From Polyangiaceae bacterium (GTDB lineage Bacteria; Myxococcota_A; Polyangia; Polyangiales; Polyangiaceae), in the NCBI GenBank assembly GCA_022842465.1, contig JALHPN010000002.1:40391-104390 (forward strand): a stretch of 64,000 nucleotides of DNA. Reading direction: 5' to 3'. A program made the position numbers and the translations under genes. Numbering within the stretch: position 1 is the stretch's first letter; each line of letters opens with the position of its first letter. Shown piece by piece: positions 11,637-21,486 of the stretch. Below the pieces are notes generated by a model. It saw only the letters and a list, made by a program, of their open reading frames with translations, was not told the DNA's origin and made no database searches.

Positions 11637-12395
11637 TCAGGGGCGGAGCGGGTCGTCGCACACGGGACGCCCTGCGCAGAGCTGGCACGGGGTGAGCTCG
11701 TCCTGGCCGGCGATGCACGGGCCCTCGGCGGAGTCTTCGAGCGCCTTCTTGCAGTTGGGCGCGGGCTGCTGGTTCGGATCGTTGCCGTTGGCGAAGGAGA
11801 CGAGGCAGCCGTTGCAGACCCGAATCGGGAGCTGGAACTCGTTGCTCTCGACCTCGACGCCGCCGAGCGTCTGTCCGAAGGCCTTGATGTTCGCGAGGAC
11901 GAGCTTCGTCTGGGCCCGGTTCGTCAGCTGCGCGGCGAGCGTGTCCCGAGTCCTGGCGTCGATGACGACGAGGCCGATGAGGCCGAACGAGGGGGTGTCG
12001 CTGATCTGCGGGTCGGCGAAGCCGTTCCCGAGCGAGGTGAACTCGTTGATGACCGAACCGTCCGGGTTCGTCACGCGGATGACGGCGCCGTTCAAGGTGA
12101 CGCGGTTGCTCTCGGCGCGGTTGTTGAGGCGATCTCCCCGGCCCGTCATCTGGTTGCCGACGAGGAGCGACGCGAAGTAGTTGTCGCGGACGCCGACGTC
12201 GAGCGTGCCTTCGAAGAGCGCGGGCTGCTGGGGGTCCGGCGTGTAGAGGCAACGCCCGCCCTGCCTGTTCGTGGGCGGGGCCTGCGCGGAGCGGATGAAG
12301 ATCGTCTGATCGTTGCTGGCGCACGCCGGCGCGAGCGCCATCGCACCGGCGGCTGTCGCCATCATCACAAGCGCGCGACACCAGTTCCGCTTCAT
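11637..12395 (-). CDS. Hypothetical lipoprotein with Cys-rich C-terminus
   Basis: GGAGG RBS before ATG 12395, lipobox-like LAPAC, C-terminal cysteines (CNGC...PCIAGQD...CQLC). Confidence 0.8.
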   Translation of the reverse strand: MKRNWCRALVMMATAAGAMALAPACASNDQTIFIRSAQAPPTNRQGGRCLYTPDPQQPALFEGTLDVGVRDNYFASLLVGNQMTGRGDRLNNRAESNRVTLNGAVIRVTNPDGSVINEFTSLGNGFADPQISDTPSFGLIGLVVIDARTRDTLAAQLTNRAQTKLVLANIKAFGQTLGGVEVESNEFQLPIRVCNGCLVSFANGNDPNQQPAPNCKKALEDSAEGPCIAGQDELTPCQLCAGRPVCDDPLRP

Positions 12396-12489
12396 GAACA
12401 CGTCCTCCAAGCCAACCGTTGGCGGGCGGCGCGACGCCGTCACCCTCGAAGCCAAGCGTATCGAACCGCCGGACGCGGAGCCAAATTCC

Positions 12490-14067
12490 TCACGGGAGGG
12501 TGAGCGCGGCGCGCAGGTCCTCGAGCCGGACGCGCTCCACGCGACCCTCGCCGAAGCGGGTCACGACCGGCAGCTTCACGAAGGAGGCGTCCTTCTTCTT
12601 GTCGGAAGCGACGAAGGGCCACGCCGCGGCGACCTCGGCGCGGCTCACGCGCGTCGGCAGGCCGAGACGCGCCAGGAGCGCCTCGACACGTGTGGCGGAG
12701 CCGCTCGGGGTGAGCCCGAGCCGCTCGGCGGCCTCCATCTCGAGGACGGTCCCGATGGCGACCGCCTCGCCGTGGAGCCAACGCCCGTAGCCGCCGTGCG
12801 CCTCGAGCGCGTGGCCGACCGTGTGTCCAAGGTTCAGGAGCGCGCGGATCCCTTGCTCGCGCTCGTCGTCGCGGACGACGCGGACCTTCGCCTCGACCGC
12901 GCCCCAGACGAGAGGCTCGAGCGCCGCCGCGCCGTCGCGCTCCAGCGTCGCGAGGAGCCGGGCGTCGCAGGCGACGGCGATCTTCACGACCTCCGCCAAT
13001 CCGGCCAGCCGCTCGCGGTCGGGGAGGGTGGTGAGATGGTCGAGGTCGACGTGCACCCGGCTCGGCTGGAAGAAGCTGCCGATGAGGTTCTTCCCCGACG
13101 GGTGGTCGAACCCGGTCTTCCCGCCCACCGACGAGTCGACCATCGAGAGCAGGGTGGTTGCAACCTGCACGCATCGGACGCCCCGCAGGAGAGTCGAGGC
13201 GGCGAAGCTCGCGAGGTCTCCGACGACCCCGCCGCCGAACGCGACGACCACGGCGTTGCGGTCGATGCCCTGGCCGAGCGCCTCGTCCCAGACGCGCGCG
13301 ACCGACGCGAGCGTCTTGTTCGGCTCCCCCGGCGGAAGGGTGACGACGAGCGGCGAGCGGGCCGCGGGCGCTCGCGCCGCACCGAGCGCCTGATCCATCC
13401 ATCCCCATCGGAGCGCCCGCACGTTCTCGTCCGTGACCACGACGAGCGAGGACGGGTGGAGCGCATCGACCGTGCGCGCGAGCCGGGCGGGCGCGGCGTC
13501 GTCGACCTCCACGACGTAGGAGCGTGACCCGAGCGGCACCGCGATGCCCCCGGCCCGCGCCGCCGCGACGACGGCGTCCGCGACCTCTTCCGCCGAGCGC
13601 CCGTCGGTCGCGACGCGCGCGTGACACTCGGCGTAGATCTCGCGCCGCAGCGCGAGGAGGTTCTTCGTCCGCTCGAGCGGGGACGCCGCGGCGAGGTTCG
13701 GACGCTCTGACAGAGACGCCACGCGGTCGACGATCCGCTCCGGGCTAGCCTCCAGCGTCACGACGATGGCCCTCTCGAGGGCGGCATGGCGGAGCTGCGG
13801 GATCGTGACCGTTCCACCCCCGAACGCGACGACGCGCGCGACGCCGTCCGACAGCAGCGGGGGAACGAGCCGTGCCTCGCGTTCGCGGAAGCGCGCCTCG
13901 CCCTCGCGCGCGAAGATCTCGCCGACGGGCGCCCCCGCGTCCGCCGCGACGAGCGCGTCCGTGTCGACGAACGGCACGCCGAGCCGGTCGGCGACCAGCC
14001 GTCCGACGGTGCTCTTGCCCGTGGCCATGAAGCCGCTGAGCACCACCGTGCGCCCTGCGCGTGACAT
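12490..14067 (-). CDS. aroB: Bifunctional shikimate kinase / 3-dehydroquinate synthase (AroK-AroB fusion)
   Basis: N-terminal GFMATGKST, GEARFREREA, GGG; C-terminal GGGVVGDL, TTLLSMVDSSVGGKTG, LNLGHTVGHALEA, HGEAVAIG. Confidence 0.95.
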   Translation of the reverse strand: MSRAGRTVVLSGFMATGKSTVGRLVADRLGVPFVDTDALVAADAGAPVGEIFAREGEARFREREARLVPPLLSDGVARVVAFGGGTVTIPQLRHAALERAIVVTLEASPERIVDRVASLSERPNLAAASPLERTKNLLALRREIYAECHARVATDGRSAEEVADAVVAAARAGGIAVPLGSRSYVVEVDDAAPARLARTVDALHPSSLVVVTDENVRALRWGWMDQALGAARAPAARSPLVVTLPPGEPNKTLASVARVWDEALGQGIDRNAVVVAFGGGVVGDLASFAASTLLRGVRCVQVATTLLSMVDSSVGGKTGFDHPSGKNLIGSFFQPSRVHVDLDHLTTLPDRERLAGLAEVVKIAVACDARLLATLERDGAAALEPLVWGAVEAKVRVVRDDEREQGIRALLNLGHTVGHALEAHGGYGRWLHGEAVAIGTVLEMEAAERLGLTPSGSATRVEALLARLGLPTRVSRAEVAAAWPFVASDKKKDASFVKLPVVTRFGEGRVERVRLEDLRAALTLP

Positions 14068-14099
14068 CCTCCTCCTACTTTGCCAGATTCCAAGGCGTC

Positions 14100-14414
14100 A
14101 TGGACGACGCCACGTCGCCCCTCGTGAGCTTGTCCGAGAAGGACGGCCTCGTCCGGTTCGAAGTCCACGCGAAGCCGCGGGCGAAGAAGAGCCGCGTGGT
14201 CGGTCCGCGCGGAGAGGCCCTCGAGGTCGCGCTCGCGGCGCCTCCCGTCGACGGCGCGGCCAACGTGGAGCTCGTCCGCGTCCTCGCCGCGGCGTTCGGC
14301 GTCCCGAAGCGGGACGTCGTGCTCCTCCGCGGGGAGGGTTCGCCGAAGAAGCTCGTCGGCGTGCGCGGGCTCCCTCGCGCGGAGGTCGCCGCGCGGCTGG
14401 CCGGCGCTGTGTGA
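14100..14414 (+). CDS. DUF167 / YggU family protein
   Basis: VHAKPRAKKS, APPVDGAANVELV, GEGSPKKLV. Confidence 0.9.
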   Translation: MDDATSPLVSLSEKDGLVRFEVHAKPRAKKSRVVGPRGEALEVALAAPPVDGAANVELVRVLAAAFGVPKRDVVLLRGEGSPKKLVGVRGLPRAEVAARLAGAV

Positions 14415-14432
14415 TACCGTCGAGGCGGACGC

Positions 14433-15236
14433 ATGGGCCTCGCGTTCGACAAGTACGAGGGCCTCGGCAACGACTTCGTCGTCGTCGTGGCCGAGGGGGA
14501 CGACGCGGTCGGTCGCGACGCCGTCCGGGCGATCTGTGACCGGCGATTCGGCGTCGGTGCCGACGGCGTGCTCCTCGTTCTCCCGCCCACGAGCTCGGGC
14601 GCGACCGCCCGCATGCGCGTCATCAATGCGGACGGCTCCGTCCCGGAGATGTGCGGCAACGGTCTCCGGTGCGCGGCTCTCCATGTCGCGCGTTCGCGGG
14701 GCCTCCGCGCGGGCGACCTCCTCTTCGACACGGACGCGGGCCTGCGGCCGTGCCGGATCGAGGACGAGGACGCCCGCGGCCTCGTGACCGTCGACATGGG
14801 CGTCGTCCGCGTGACCGAGGAGGTCTCGCTCGAGGTCGACGGCGACGTGTGGCCCCTCTCGCTGGCCGATGCGGGGAATCCTCACGCGATCACGACGCGC
14901 CAGGCCGACCGTGCGGACGTCGACCGGGTGGGCCCTCGCATCGCGACCCACGCGCGCTTCCTTGCCGGGACGAACGTCGAGTTCGCGAGCTACCGGGAGC
15001 GCGAGGTCGACCTCGTCGTGTGGGAGCGCGGCGTCGGCGTCACGCACGCGTGCGGGACCGGCGCCTGCGCGACGGTCGCCGTCGGCGTCGCCCGCGGCGT
15101 CCTCCCGCGGAACCTACCGGTCGCGGTCCACCTGCCGGGGGGGACGCTCGAGATCACGATCACCGACGAGGGACGGGCGATCATGCGCGGGCCGGCCACG
15201 CACGTCTTCGCGGGGCGCTGGGAGCGGAAGGCGTGA
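14433..15236 (+). CDS. dapF: Diaminopimelate epimerase
   Basis: KYEGLGNDFV, GVGADG, NADGSVPEMCGNG, GNPHA, VWERGVGVTHACGTGA. Confidence 0.97.
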   Translation: MGLAFDKYEGLGNDFVVVVAEGDDAVGRDAVRAICDRRFGVGADGVLLVLPPTSSGATARMRVINADGSVPEMCGNGLRCAALHVARSRGLRAGDLLFDTDAGLRPCRIEDEDARGLVTVDMGVVRVTEEVSLEVDGDVWPLSLADAGNPHAITTRQADRADVDRVGPRIATHARFLAGTNVEFASYREREVDLVVWERGVGVTHACGTGACATVAVGVARGVLPRNLPVAVHLPGGTLEITITDEGRAIMRGPATHVFAGRWERKA

Positions 15237-16930
15237 GCGGAGTCCTTCCGCTCGAGGTCCTCGCCGTCACCGCCGACCCGGAGCTCGCGCGCACGCTCGA
15301 GCTCGTCGTGGAGGACGATGGGGATGTCCTCCGCTCTGCGACGACCGTCGAGGCGGCGCTCGCCGCCGTACGGGCGCGGCCCGTCGTGGTGGCCTTCGTC
15401 GATCTCTCCGTCGAGGCAGGGGCCGCGCTCGCGCTCTGTCACCATCTCCCCGCGCTCCTCGGAGGCGTCGAAGTGCACGCGATCGTGCGTCCCGCCGAGC
15501 TGGAGCGCGGCGCGGAGGCGCTCTCGCTCGGCGCTGCCGGGGTGCTCGTCACCCCGCTGACGGGCGACGCCCTCGCGCGGGTCCTCGCGGCCACACGCGA
15601 GCGCGCGAGACGCGAGGAGCAGAGCCGAGCGCTGGAGGCGAAGGGCGTCGCCGAGCGGCGCCGCATCGAGGTCTACGAGCGTCTCGTCCGCTTCGCACGC
15701 GGGGCAGCGCCCTCGGAGGCCGTCCGCGCGATCGTGGAGGGGGTGGCGCAGCTCTCGGGGGCGAAGGGAGTCGCGCTCTATGCCACGTTCGCTGACGAGA
15801 AGAGCGACCGGCTTCGCCTCGCCGCGGTCGGGGACGCCGTCGATCTCCCCGCGACGAGCCCGCCGGCGGACCTCGCGCGCCTCGTGTCGCTCCGGAGCGC
15901 GAGGGTCGTACCTCTCGTCGCGGCCGGGACCGAGCTCGCGATGCTCGTGCTCGACGGCGTGCCGCTCGCGCTCGAGGCGGAGGTCGCCAACGTCGCGGAC
16001 CTCGCCGCGGCGATGCTCGCGATCCTCGACCGTCAAGATCACGGGGGCCGCATCGTCGCGTCGCCGTCGTCCTTCCTCGCCGTGGCGGAGCGGCTCTTGC
16101 TCCTCGCCGCCCGCCACGAGCGTCGTGCGAGTGTCCTCGCGCTCTCGTTCGCCGACAGCGCGACCCCCGCGCGACGCGACGCCGCCGCCGCGGAGATCTC
16201 CGAGATCGTGCGGGCGACGGACGCTCTCAGCGGGAACGACGAGGGCGACCTCCTCCTCTTCCTCCCGGAGACGGGAGGCCTCGGCGCACACGCTTGTCGC
16301 CGACGGATCGTCGCGAGGCTCTCGGGCGACCGCCGGGCGCGCCCCCGCGGCGCACCTCGTGGCCCCGAGTCGCAGAGGCCGAGCGCGCTCTCGCCGGTCT
16401 GCATCGGCGTCGCGACGTTCCCGCACGACGGCACGTCGCTCCGCCGCCTCGTGCGCTCGGCCCGCACGCGCGCGCAAGACGATGCGCGCTCCGCGGTCCA
16501 TGCGCTCGGGTTGGATCAGCTCTCGCTGCCGGAGCTCGTGGACGCCTTGCTCGCGCGGCCGATGCTCGACGCGGGCCCGCGCTCGCCGTTTCCGCTCGAC
16601 GTCGCGAGCCCCGCGCTCTTCTCGCTCGTGGCTCGCGCGTGCACGGAGGCGAAGCGAGGCGGCGCCCCGTCGGTGACGACGACCCTGCAGCCTGGCCTCG
16701 GTGTCGCGGCGGCGGCGCGGAGCGCGTCGAGCCCCCGCGTGCTCGACGTGCGAGGCCAAGCGGGCTGCGAGGACCTGGAGGCGGTCGTCGTCGAGTCCGA
16801 GCACGGGACGTGGGTGTGCACCGGTCGCCTCCGCGGCGATCGATTCCACGGCACCCATGCCGCCGATCCGCTCCTGGCAGACCTCCTCGTGAGGCGCCTC
16901 ACGGCGGGGGGAGGCTCGAGTGCCGGGTAG
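15233..16930 (+). CDS. Multidomain signalling protein: atypical receiver + GAF-like + degenerate GGDEF-like + possible DICT-like C-terminus
   Basis: GTG overlaps the dapF stop. Receiver-like N-terminus (VAFVDL, GAAGVLVTP); GGDEF-like scaffold IVRATDALSGNDEGDLLLFLPET and IGVATFPHDG. Confidence 0.75.
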   Translation: MSGVLPLEVLAVTADPELARTLELVVEDDGDVLRSATTVEAALAAVRARPVVVAFVDLSVEAGAALALCHHLPALLGGVEVHAIVRPAELERGAEALSLGAAGVLVTPLTGDALARVLAATRERARREEQSRALEAKGVAERRRIEVYERLVRFARGAAPSEAVRAIVEGVAQLSGAKGVALYATFADEKSDRLRLAAVGDAVDLPATSPPADLARLVSLRSARVVPLVAAGTELAMLVLDGVPLALEAEVANVADLAAAMLAILDRQDHGGRIVASPSSFLAVAERLLLLAARHERRASVLALSFADSATPARRDAAAAEISEIVRATDALSGNDEGDLLLFLPETGGLGAHACRRRIVARLSGDRRARPRGAPRGPESQRPSALSPVCIGVATFPHDGTSLRRLVRSARTRAQDDARSAVHALGLDQLSLPELVDALLARPMLDAGPRSPFPLDVASPALFSLVARACTEAKRGGAPSVTTTLQPGLGVAAAARSASSPRVLDVRGQAGCEDLEAVVVESEHGTWVCTGRLRGDRFHGTHAADPLLADLLVRRLTAGGGSSAG

Positions 16931-18308
16931 CCGCGTCCTGCTCGTCGATCACGACGTCGACGCCCTCGCCCAGCTCGCGAACGATCTCCGGACGCGAGGC
17001 GTCCGCGTCTCGCTCGCCAACACGGCGCAGATGGCGTGCGAGCGCGCGCGGGCCGGCGCGTTCGACGTCGTCATCGTGTCGCGCGGCGCGGCGCAGCCCG
17101 ACGACGGCCAGATCGGCGTCATCGACGCGATGAGCCTCGAGCTCCCGAGCGTGCCGCCGGCGCTCCTCCTCGTCGAGCGAGGCGCCGCGGGCGACGCACA
17201 GGTCGCGCGCGACGACCTCGACGGTATGGTCGCGCGCGTCGAGGCGCTCTCGCGCGGGCGCGCGCGACCGTCGACGATCACCCCGTCCGCGCATGCGCTC
17301 GACGCCGGCAGCGTCGCCGATCTCCTCCTCGTCCTGTCGACGGAGCGCCGGAGTGGGACGGTCACCGTCACCTCGCCACGAGGCTCCGGCGAGGTCCGCC
17401 TCGTGGAGGGCGAGATCGGCGACGCGGTCTACGAGCGGCTCGAGGGCCCGAAGGCGCTCGCACGCATGATCGGCGAGCGCGAGGGCACGGCCACGTTCGC
17501 GCCTGGTGCGGCCGCGATCATGCGCCGGATCCAGGGATCGACGCGCGCGCTCCTCGCCACCGCCCGGGCCGAAGTCGAGGCGTCGCGAGAGCTCGTCGCC
17601 CGCGCAGGGGACCTCGCGCAGTCTGCGTTCGTCGCCGTCGACGGGGCGAGCGCGGACTCGTTCTCGGGGCCGGAGCAGCACCTCGTCGCGCGGCTGCGCC
17701 TGCCCGCGCGGCTCGACGAGCTCCTCGACGACCTCCCCGAGCCCGACTCGGTGGTGCTCCGCATGCTGCTCGCCCTGGACCAGCGCGGGAAGCTTCGTCG
17801 CCTCGGCGCCGTCTCGTCCCGCGTCCAGCTCTGCGGGGCCGACCAGCTGCACCTCCTCCGAGCGTCGGCGTCTCGCGCGCGCGCCCCCGGGTTCTCGTCC
17901 GTGGCCCGGGTCGTCTTCGCCGCGGCGCCCGCGCGCCTGGCCGTCTTCGGTCACACCGTCCTCTCGCTCGCCGACGCGCTGCCGCCGTCGTCGCCGTCTC
18001 CGACCGTTCCGCTCCCCCACGAGCTGTCGACGCTTCGTCTTGGGGACGGCGTCTCGCTCGAGGTCGTGGGGATCCCCCTCGTGCCGGCCTACGCTCCCAT
18101 CTGGCCGCTCGCGATCGCGGGCGCGGCGATCGTCGTTCGCCTCGACGACGGCGCGTCCGAGGCGCTCGAGAGCGCAGCGGCGACCGTCGACGTCGCCGTC
18201 CTCGACGCGCGCGCCGTCTTCGGGACCGTCGACGAGACGAGCGCGGTGCAGGTCGCGAGCCTCATCCGGACGGCCATCGAGGCGGACACGAGCTCGCAGC
18301 GCACGTGA
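16920..18308 (+). CDS. Pseudo-receiver + DUF4388 domain protein with degenerate small-GTPase-like C-terminus
   Basis: RVLLVDHD receiver start; SVADLLLVLSTERRSGTVTV...GEVRLVEGEIGDA...EGPKALARM is DUF4388-like. Confidence 0.8.
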   Translation: MPGSRVLLVDHDVDALAQLANDLRTRGVRVSLANTAQMACERARAGAFDVVIVSRGAAQPDDGQIGVIDAMSLELPSVPPALLLVERGAAGDAQVARDDLDGMVARVEALSRGRARPSTITPSAHALDAGSVADLLLVLSTERRSGTVTVTSPRGSGEVRLVEGEIGDAVYERLEGPKALARMIGEREGTATFAPGAAAIMRRIQGSTRALLATARAEVEASRELVARAGDLAQSAFVAVDGASADSFSGPEQHLVARLRLPARLDELLDDLPEPDSVVLRMLLALDQRGKLRRLGAVSSRVQLCGADQLHLLRASASRARAPGFSSVARVVFAAAPARLAVFGHTVLSLADALPPSSPSPTVPLPHELSTLRLGDGVSLEVVGIPLVPAYAPIWPLAIAGAAIVVRLDDGASEALESAAATVDVAVLDARAVFGTVDETSAVQVASLIRTAIEADTSSQRT

Positions 18309-18582
18309 TGCGGACACGTGCCCACCTCGTCGCCGCTCTTCCCCCGTGACGGGGGTCAGCCGACCAGGGTTCGTCACAACGCGCCGACAGGCCCGGTTCG
18401 GCGCATGGTGGGTCGCCGCGACGGGGCATGCGTGATCCGGCCCCGTCGGAAAGTACGCGAGACTCGGTGAGGGCCGGGGGCGTCATCCCCCGTTCTTGCG
18501 CGTAGAAGCCGCGCCCTCGCGGCGCCGCGAAGCGTCCGAGGGCCGGGGCCGACGAGGTACGACGGTTGCACAACCCTCCCGC

Positions 18583-19584
18583 ATGGTTCGTTCGGCACCG
18601 AAGGCACCCGCCCAGGAAGGGCGTCTCCCCCGGGTCATCGCGCGGCGCTACGAGGTCACCAAGGAGATCGCCCGGGGCGGCTGCGCCGTCGTCCTCGAAG
18701 CGCGCGACATGCGCCTCGGGCGCCTCGTCGCGATCAAGATGCCGAAGCCCGGCATGAGCGACGACTCGGCCACCGAGCGCCTCACGCGCGAGGCCCGCGT
18801 CGCCGCGGGCATCCATCATCCCAACGTCTGCACCGTGACGGACGCGGGGTGGATCGACGATCGGAACCCGTACCTCGTCATGGAGCGCCTCTACGGCGAG
18901 ACGCTCGGCGCCTACGTCTCCCGCCTCGGCCGCCTCGACGCCGACGAGGCGATCGAGATCTGCCTCCAGACCCTCTCCGGCCTCTCCGCGTCGCACGCCC
19001 TCGGCGTCGTCCATCGCGATCTGAAGCCGGACAACATCTACCTCGTCCACCGCGAAGGCTGCGCGCCGATCGTGAAGCTGCTCGACTTCGGTCTCTGCCG
19101 CGGCACCGAGAACACGGGCAACGACGAGCTCACGCTCACGCGGGTCGGCACCGTCGTCGGGACGCCCGAGTACATGGCGCCCGAGCAGGCGTCCGGCTAC
19201 CGGACCTTCGACGCGCGGATCGACGTCTGGGCGGTCGGCGTCGTCCTCTACGAGATCCTCACGGGCACGCGCGCCTTCGTCGCAGAGAACGTGAGCGCGG
19301 TCCTCAACGCCGTCCTCGCGAAGTCGCTCCCGTCGCTCCGTCGCCTTCGTCCGGAGCTCCCGTCCGAGCTCGAGCAGGTCCTCGCCAAGGCGATGGATCG
19401 CGACCCGCGCCGCCGCTTCCGCTCCGCCGTCGAGATGCAGGCCGCGCTCCTCCGCGTCCGGGCGAAGCTCGCACGGACGAGCTCGGTCGTCCTCCGCGCC
19501 GACCACGAGGAGAACGACCCGTGGGTCCCCGAGCAGGAGCTCCCGACGCGGCTCATGGCCGGCGGCCACGGCCATCGTCGCTGA
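18583..19584 (+). CDS. Cytoplasmic Hanks-type Ser/Thr protein kinase
   Basis: VAIK, HRDLKPDN, DFG, GTPEYMAPEQ, DVWAVG; no TM segment. Confidence 0.93.
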   Translation: MVRSAPKAPAQEGRLPRVIARRYEVTKEIARGGCAVVLEARDMRLGRLVAIKMPKPGMSDDSATERLTREARVAAGIHHPNVCTVTDAGWIDDRNPYLVMERLYGETLGAYVSRLGRLDADEAIEICLQTLSGLSASHALGVVHRDLKPDNIYLVHREGCAPIVKLLDFGLCRGTENTGNDELTLTRVGTVVGTPEYMAPEQASGYRTFDARIDVWAVGVVLYEILTGTRAFVAENVSAVLNAVLAKSLPSLRRLRPELPSELEQVLAKAMDRDPRRRFRSAVEMQAALLRVRAKLARTSSVVLRADHEENDPWVPEQELPTRLMAGGHGHRR

Positions 19585-19587
19585 ACG

Positions 19588-20382
19588 TCACCCCTCGACG
19601 GTGGTGCCGATCGGCTCGCCGAAGACGACGCGCTTGATGTTGCCGGGCTCGGTGAGCTTGAAGACGCGGATCGGGAGGTTGTTCTCCCGGCAGAGCGTCG
19701 CCGCGGTGCCGTCCATGACGCCGATGCGCTCGTTGATGAAGCGCTCGTAGGACATCCGCGTGTACATCGTCGCGCCCTCGTGCTTCACGGGGTCCTTGTC
19801 GTAGACGCCCTCCACCTTCGTCGCCTTGAACAGCGCGTCGGCGTGGACCTCCATGGCGCGGAGCGCGGCGGCAGTGTCGGTCGAGAAGTACGGGTTGCCC
19901 GTCCCCGCCGCGAAGATCACGAAGCGGCCCTTCTCGAAGTGCCGGATCGCGCGGCGGCGGATGTACGGCTCGGCGATCTGCCGGATCTCGAGGGCCGTCT
20001 GCACGCGGGTCGGGACCTCGACCTTCTCGAGCGCGTCCTGGAGCGCGAGCGAGTTGATGACGGTGGCGAGCATGCCCATGTAGTCGCTCTGGGCGCGGTC
20101 CATCCCCGCGCTCGCGCCCTTCAGGCCGCGGAAGATGTTTCCGCCGCCGACCACGATGCCGACCTGCACGCCGAGCGCGTACACCTCGGCGAGCTCGTCG
20201 GCCGTGCTCCGCATGACCTCGGGCTGGATGCCGAAGCCGCCCGTGCTCCCGCAGAGCGCTTCACCGCTCAGCTTGAGGATGATGCGGCGGTACTTCAGCT
20301 TCGCGTGCCGAGGCGGAGGGGCGATCGTATCGAGTCGGGGACCGGAGGGAGTGCCGGATGCTCCCGCGCGCGGGTCTCGCAT
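19588..20382 (-). CDS. pyrH: UMP kinase
   Basis: [47 protein letters not shown]; ATG 20382 preferred as start. Confidence 0.97.
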   Translation of the reverse strand: MRDPRAGASGTPSGPRLDTIAPPPRHAKLKYRRIILKLSGEALCGSTGGFGIQPEVMRSTADELAEVYALGVQVGIVVGGGNIFRGLKGASAGMDRAQSDYMGMLATVINSLALQDALEKVEVPTRVQTALEIRQIAEPYIRRRAIRHFEKGRFVIFAAGTGNPYFSTDTAAALRAMEVHADALFKATKVEGVYDKDPVKHEGATMYTRMSYERFINERIGVMDGTAATLCRENNLPIRVFKLTEPGNIKRVVFGEPIGTTVEG

Positions 20383-20465
20383 GATTCGGCCACTCCTACT
20401 CGCAGGGCTCGGGGCACGCAAGAGACGCCCCGCCGCGTCGCCTCGGCGTGCTAGATCTCGCGGCT

Positions 20466-21476
20466 GTGACGGCCCGAATCGCCTCCGTCTTCCCGTCGCT
20501 CGTGCTCGCCGCGTCGCTCCTCTCCGTCCCGGGCTGCAACGGCTGCTCGAAGGCCGGCGAGACGGCCGCCGCGGACGCCGGCGCGCACGCGACCCCGTGG
20601 TCGCTCCCGCCCGACCAGGCCGCGAAGCCGCTCGCCAAGGTCGGCGCCACGACCATCACGCTCGGCGACTACGCGGCCGCGCTCGAGAACATGGATCAGT
20701 TCGATCAGCTCCGGTACCAGTCGACGGAGCGGCGGAAGGAGCTCCTCCAGGAGATGATCTCGATCGAGCTCCTCGCGCAGGAGGCGGTCGCGAAGGGCTA
20801 CGACAAGGACCCGCTCGCGCAGCAGGAGCACCGCGCGATCCTCCGCGACGCGATGCTCGCCGAGGCCCGGAAGAACGTGCCCGCGCCGAGCGACGTCCCC
20901 GAGGCGGAGGTGCGCGCGTACTTCGACGCCCACCGCGCCGACTACAAGGATCCCGAGCGGCGCCGCGTGGCGGCCGTCGTCACGCGCGACGAGGCGACGG
21001 CGAAGGCTGCGCTCGAGACCGCACGGAAGGCCCCCTCCGCGGCTCAGTGGGGCGAGGTCGTGCGCGCCAAGTCGATCGATCCGCAGGCGCGTGCGAACGT
21101 ACCGGTCGACCTCGCGGGCGACCTCGGCATCGTCTCGCCGCCGGGGGACCCTCGCGGCGAGAACCCGCGCGTGCCCGACGAGGTGCGAGCCGCCGTGTTC
21201 GCGATCCCGGAGAATGGCGGCATCCACGAGCAGGTCGTCGCCTCGGGCGGGAAGTTCTACGTCGTGCGCCTCGTCCAGAAGCTCGCCGCGCACGAGCGCT
21301 CGTTCGCGGAGGCGGAGCGCGCGATTCGCGTGAAGCTCGCGCAGGACAAGCTCCGCGCAAAGGAAGACGAGCTGCTCGCCGAGCTGCGGAAGACCGTGAA
21401 GGTCGAGGTCGACGAAGCGGCGCTCGCGAGCGTGCACGTGGAAGCCGCCCCGCCGAAGGCGGACGCGGGGCGGTGA
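20466..21476 (+). CDS. PpiC/SurA-type peptidyl-prolyl isomerase lipoprotein
   Basis: Signal peptide with Cys (VPGCNGC), SurA-like N-domain, rotamase-like SIDP...[13 protein letters not shown]; start uncertain (20448 or 20466). Confidence 0.85.
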   Translation: MTARIASVFPSLVLAASLLSVPGCNGCSKAGETAAADAGAHATPWSLPPDQAAKPLAKVGATTITLGDYAAALENMDQFDQLRYQSTERRKELLQEMISIELLAQEAVAKGYDKDPLAQQEHRAILRDAMLAEARKNVPAPSDVPEAEVRAYFDAHRADYKDPERRRVAAVVTRDEATAKAALETARKAPSAAQWGEVVRAKSIDPQARANVPVDLAGDLGIVSPPGDPRGENPRVPDEVRAAVFAIPENGGIHEQVVASGGKFYVVRLVQKLAAHERSFAEAERAIRVKLAQDKLRAKEDELLAELRKTVKVEVDEAALASVHVEAAPPKADAGR

Positions 21477-21486
21477 CGAGGGCGCG

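Noticed and set aside
12490-14067. AroK-AroB fusion as a novelty
   Set aside because: This fusion is already known in several bacterial lineages.
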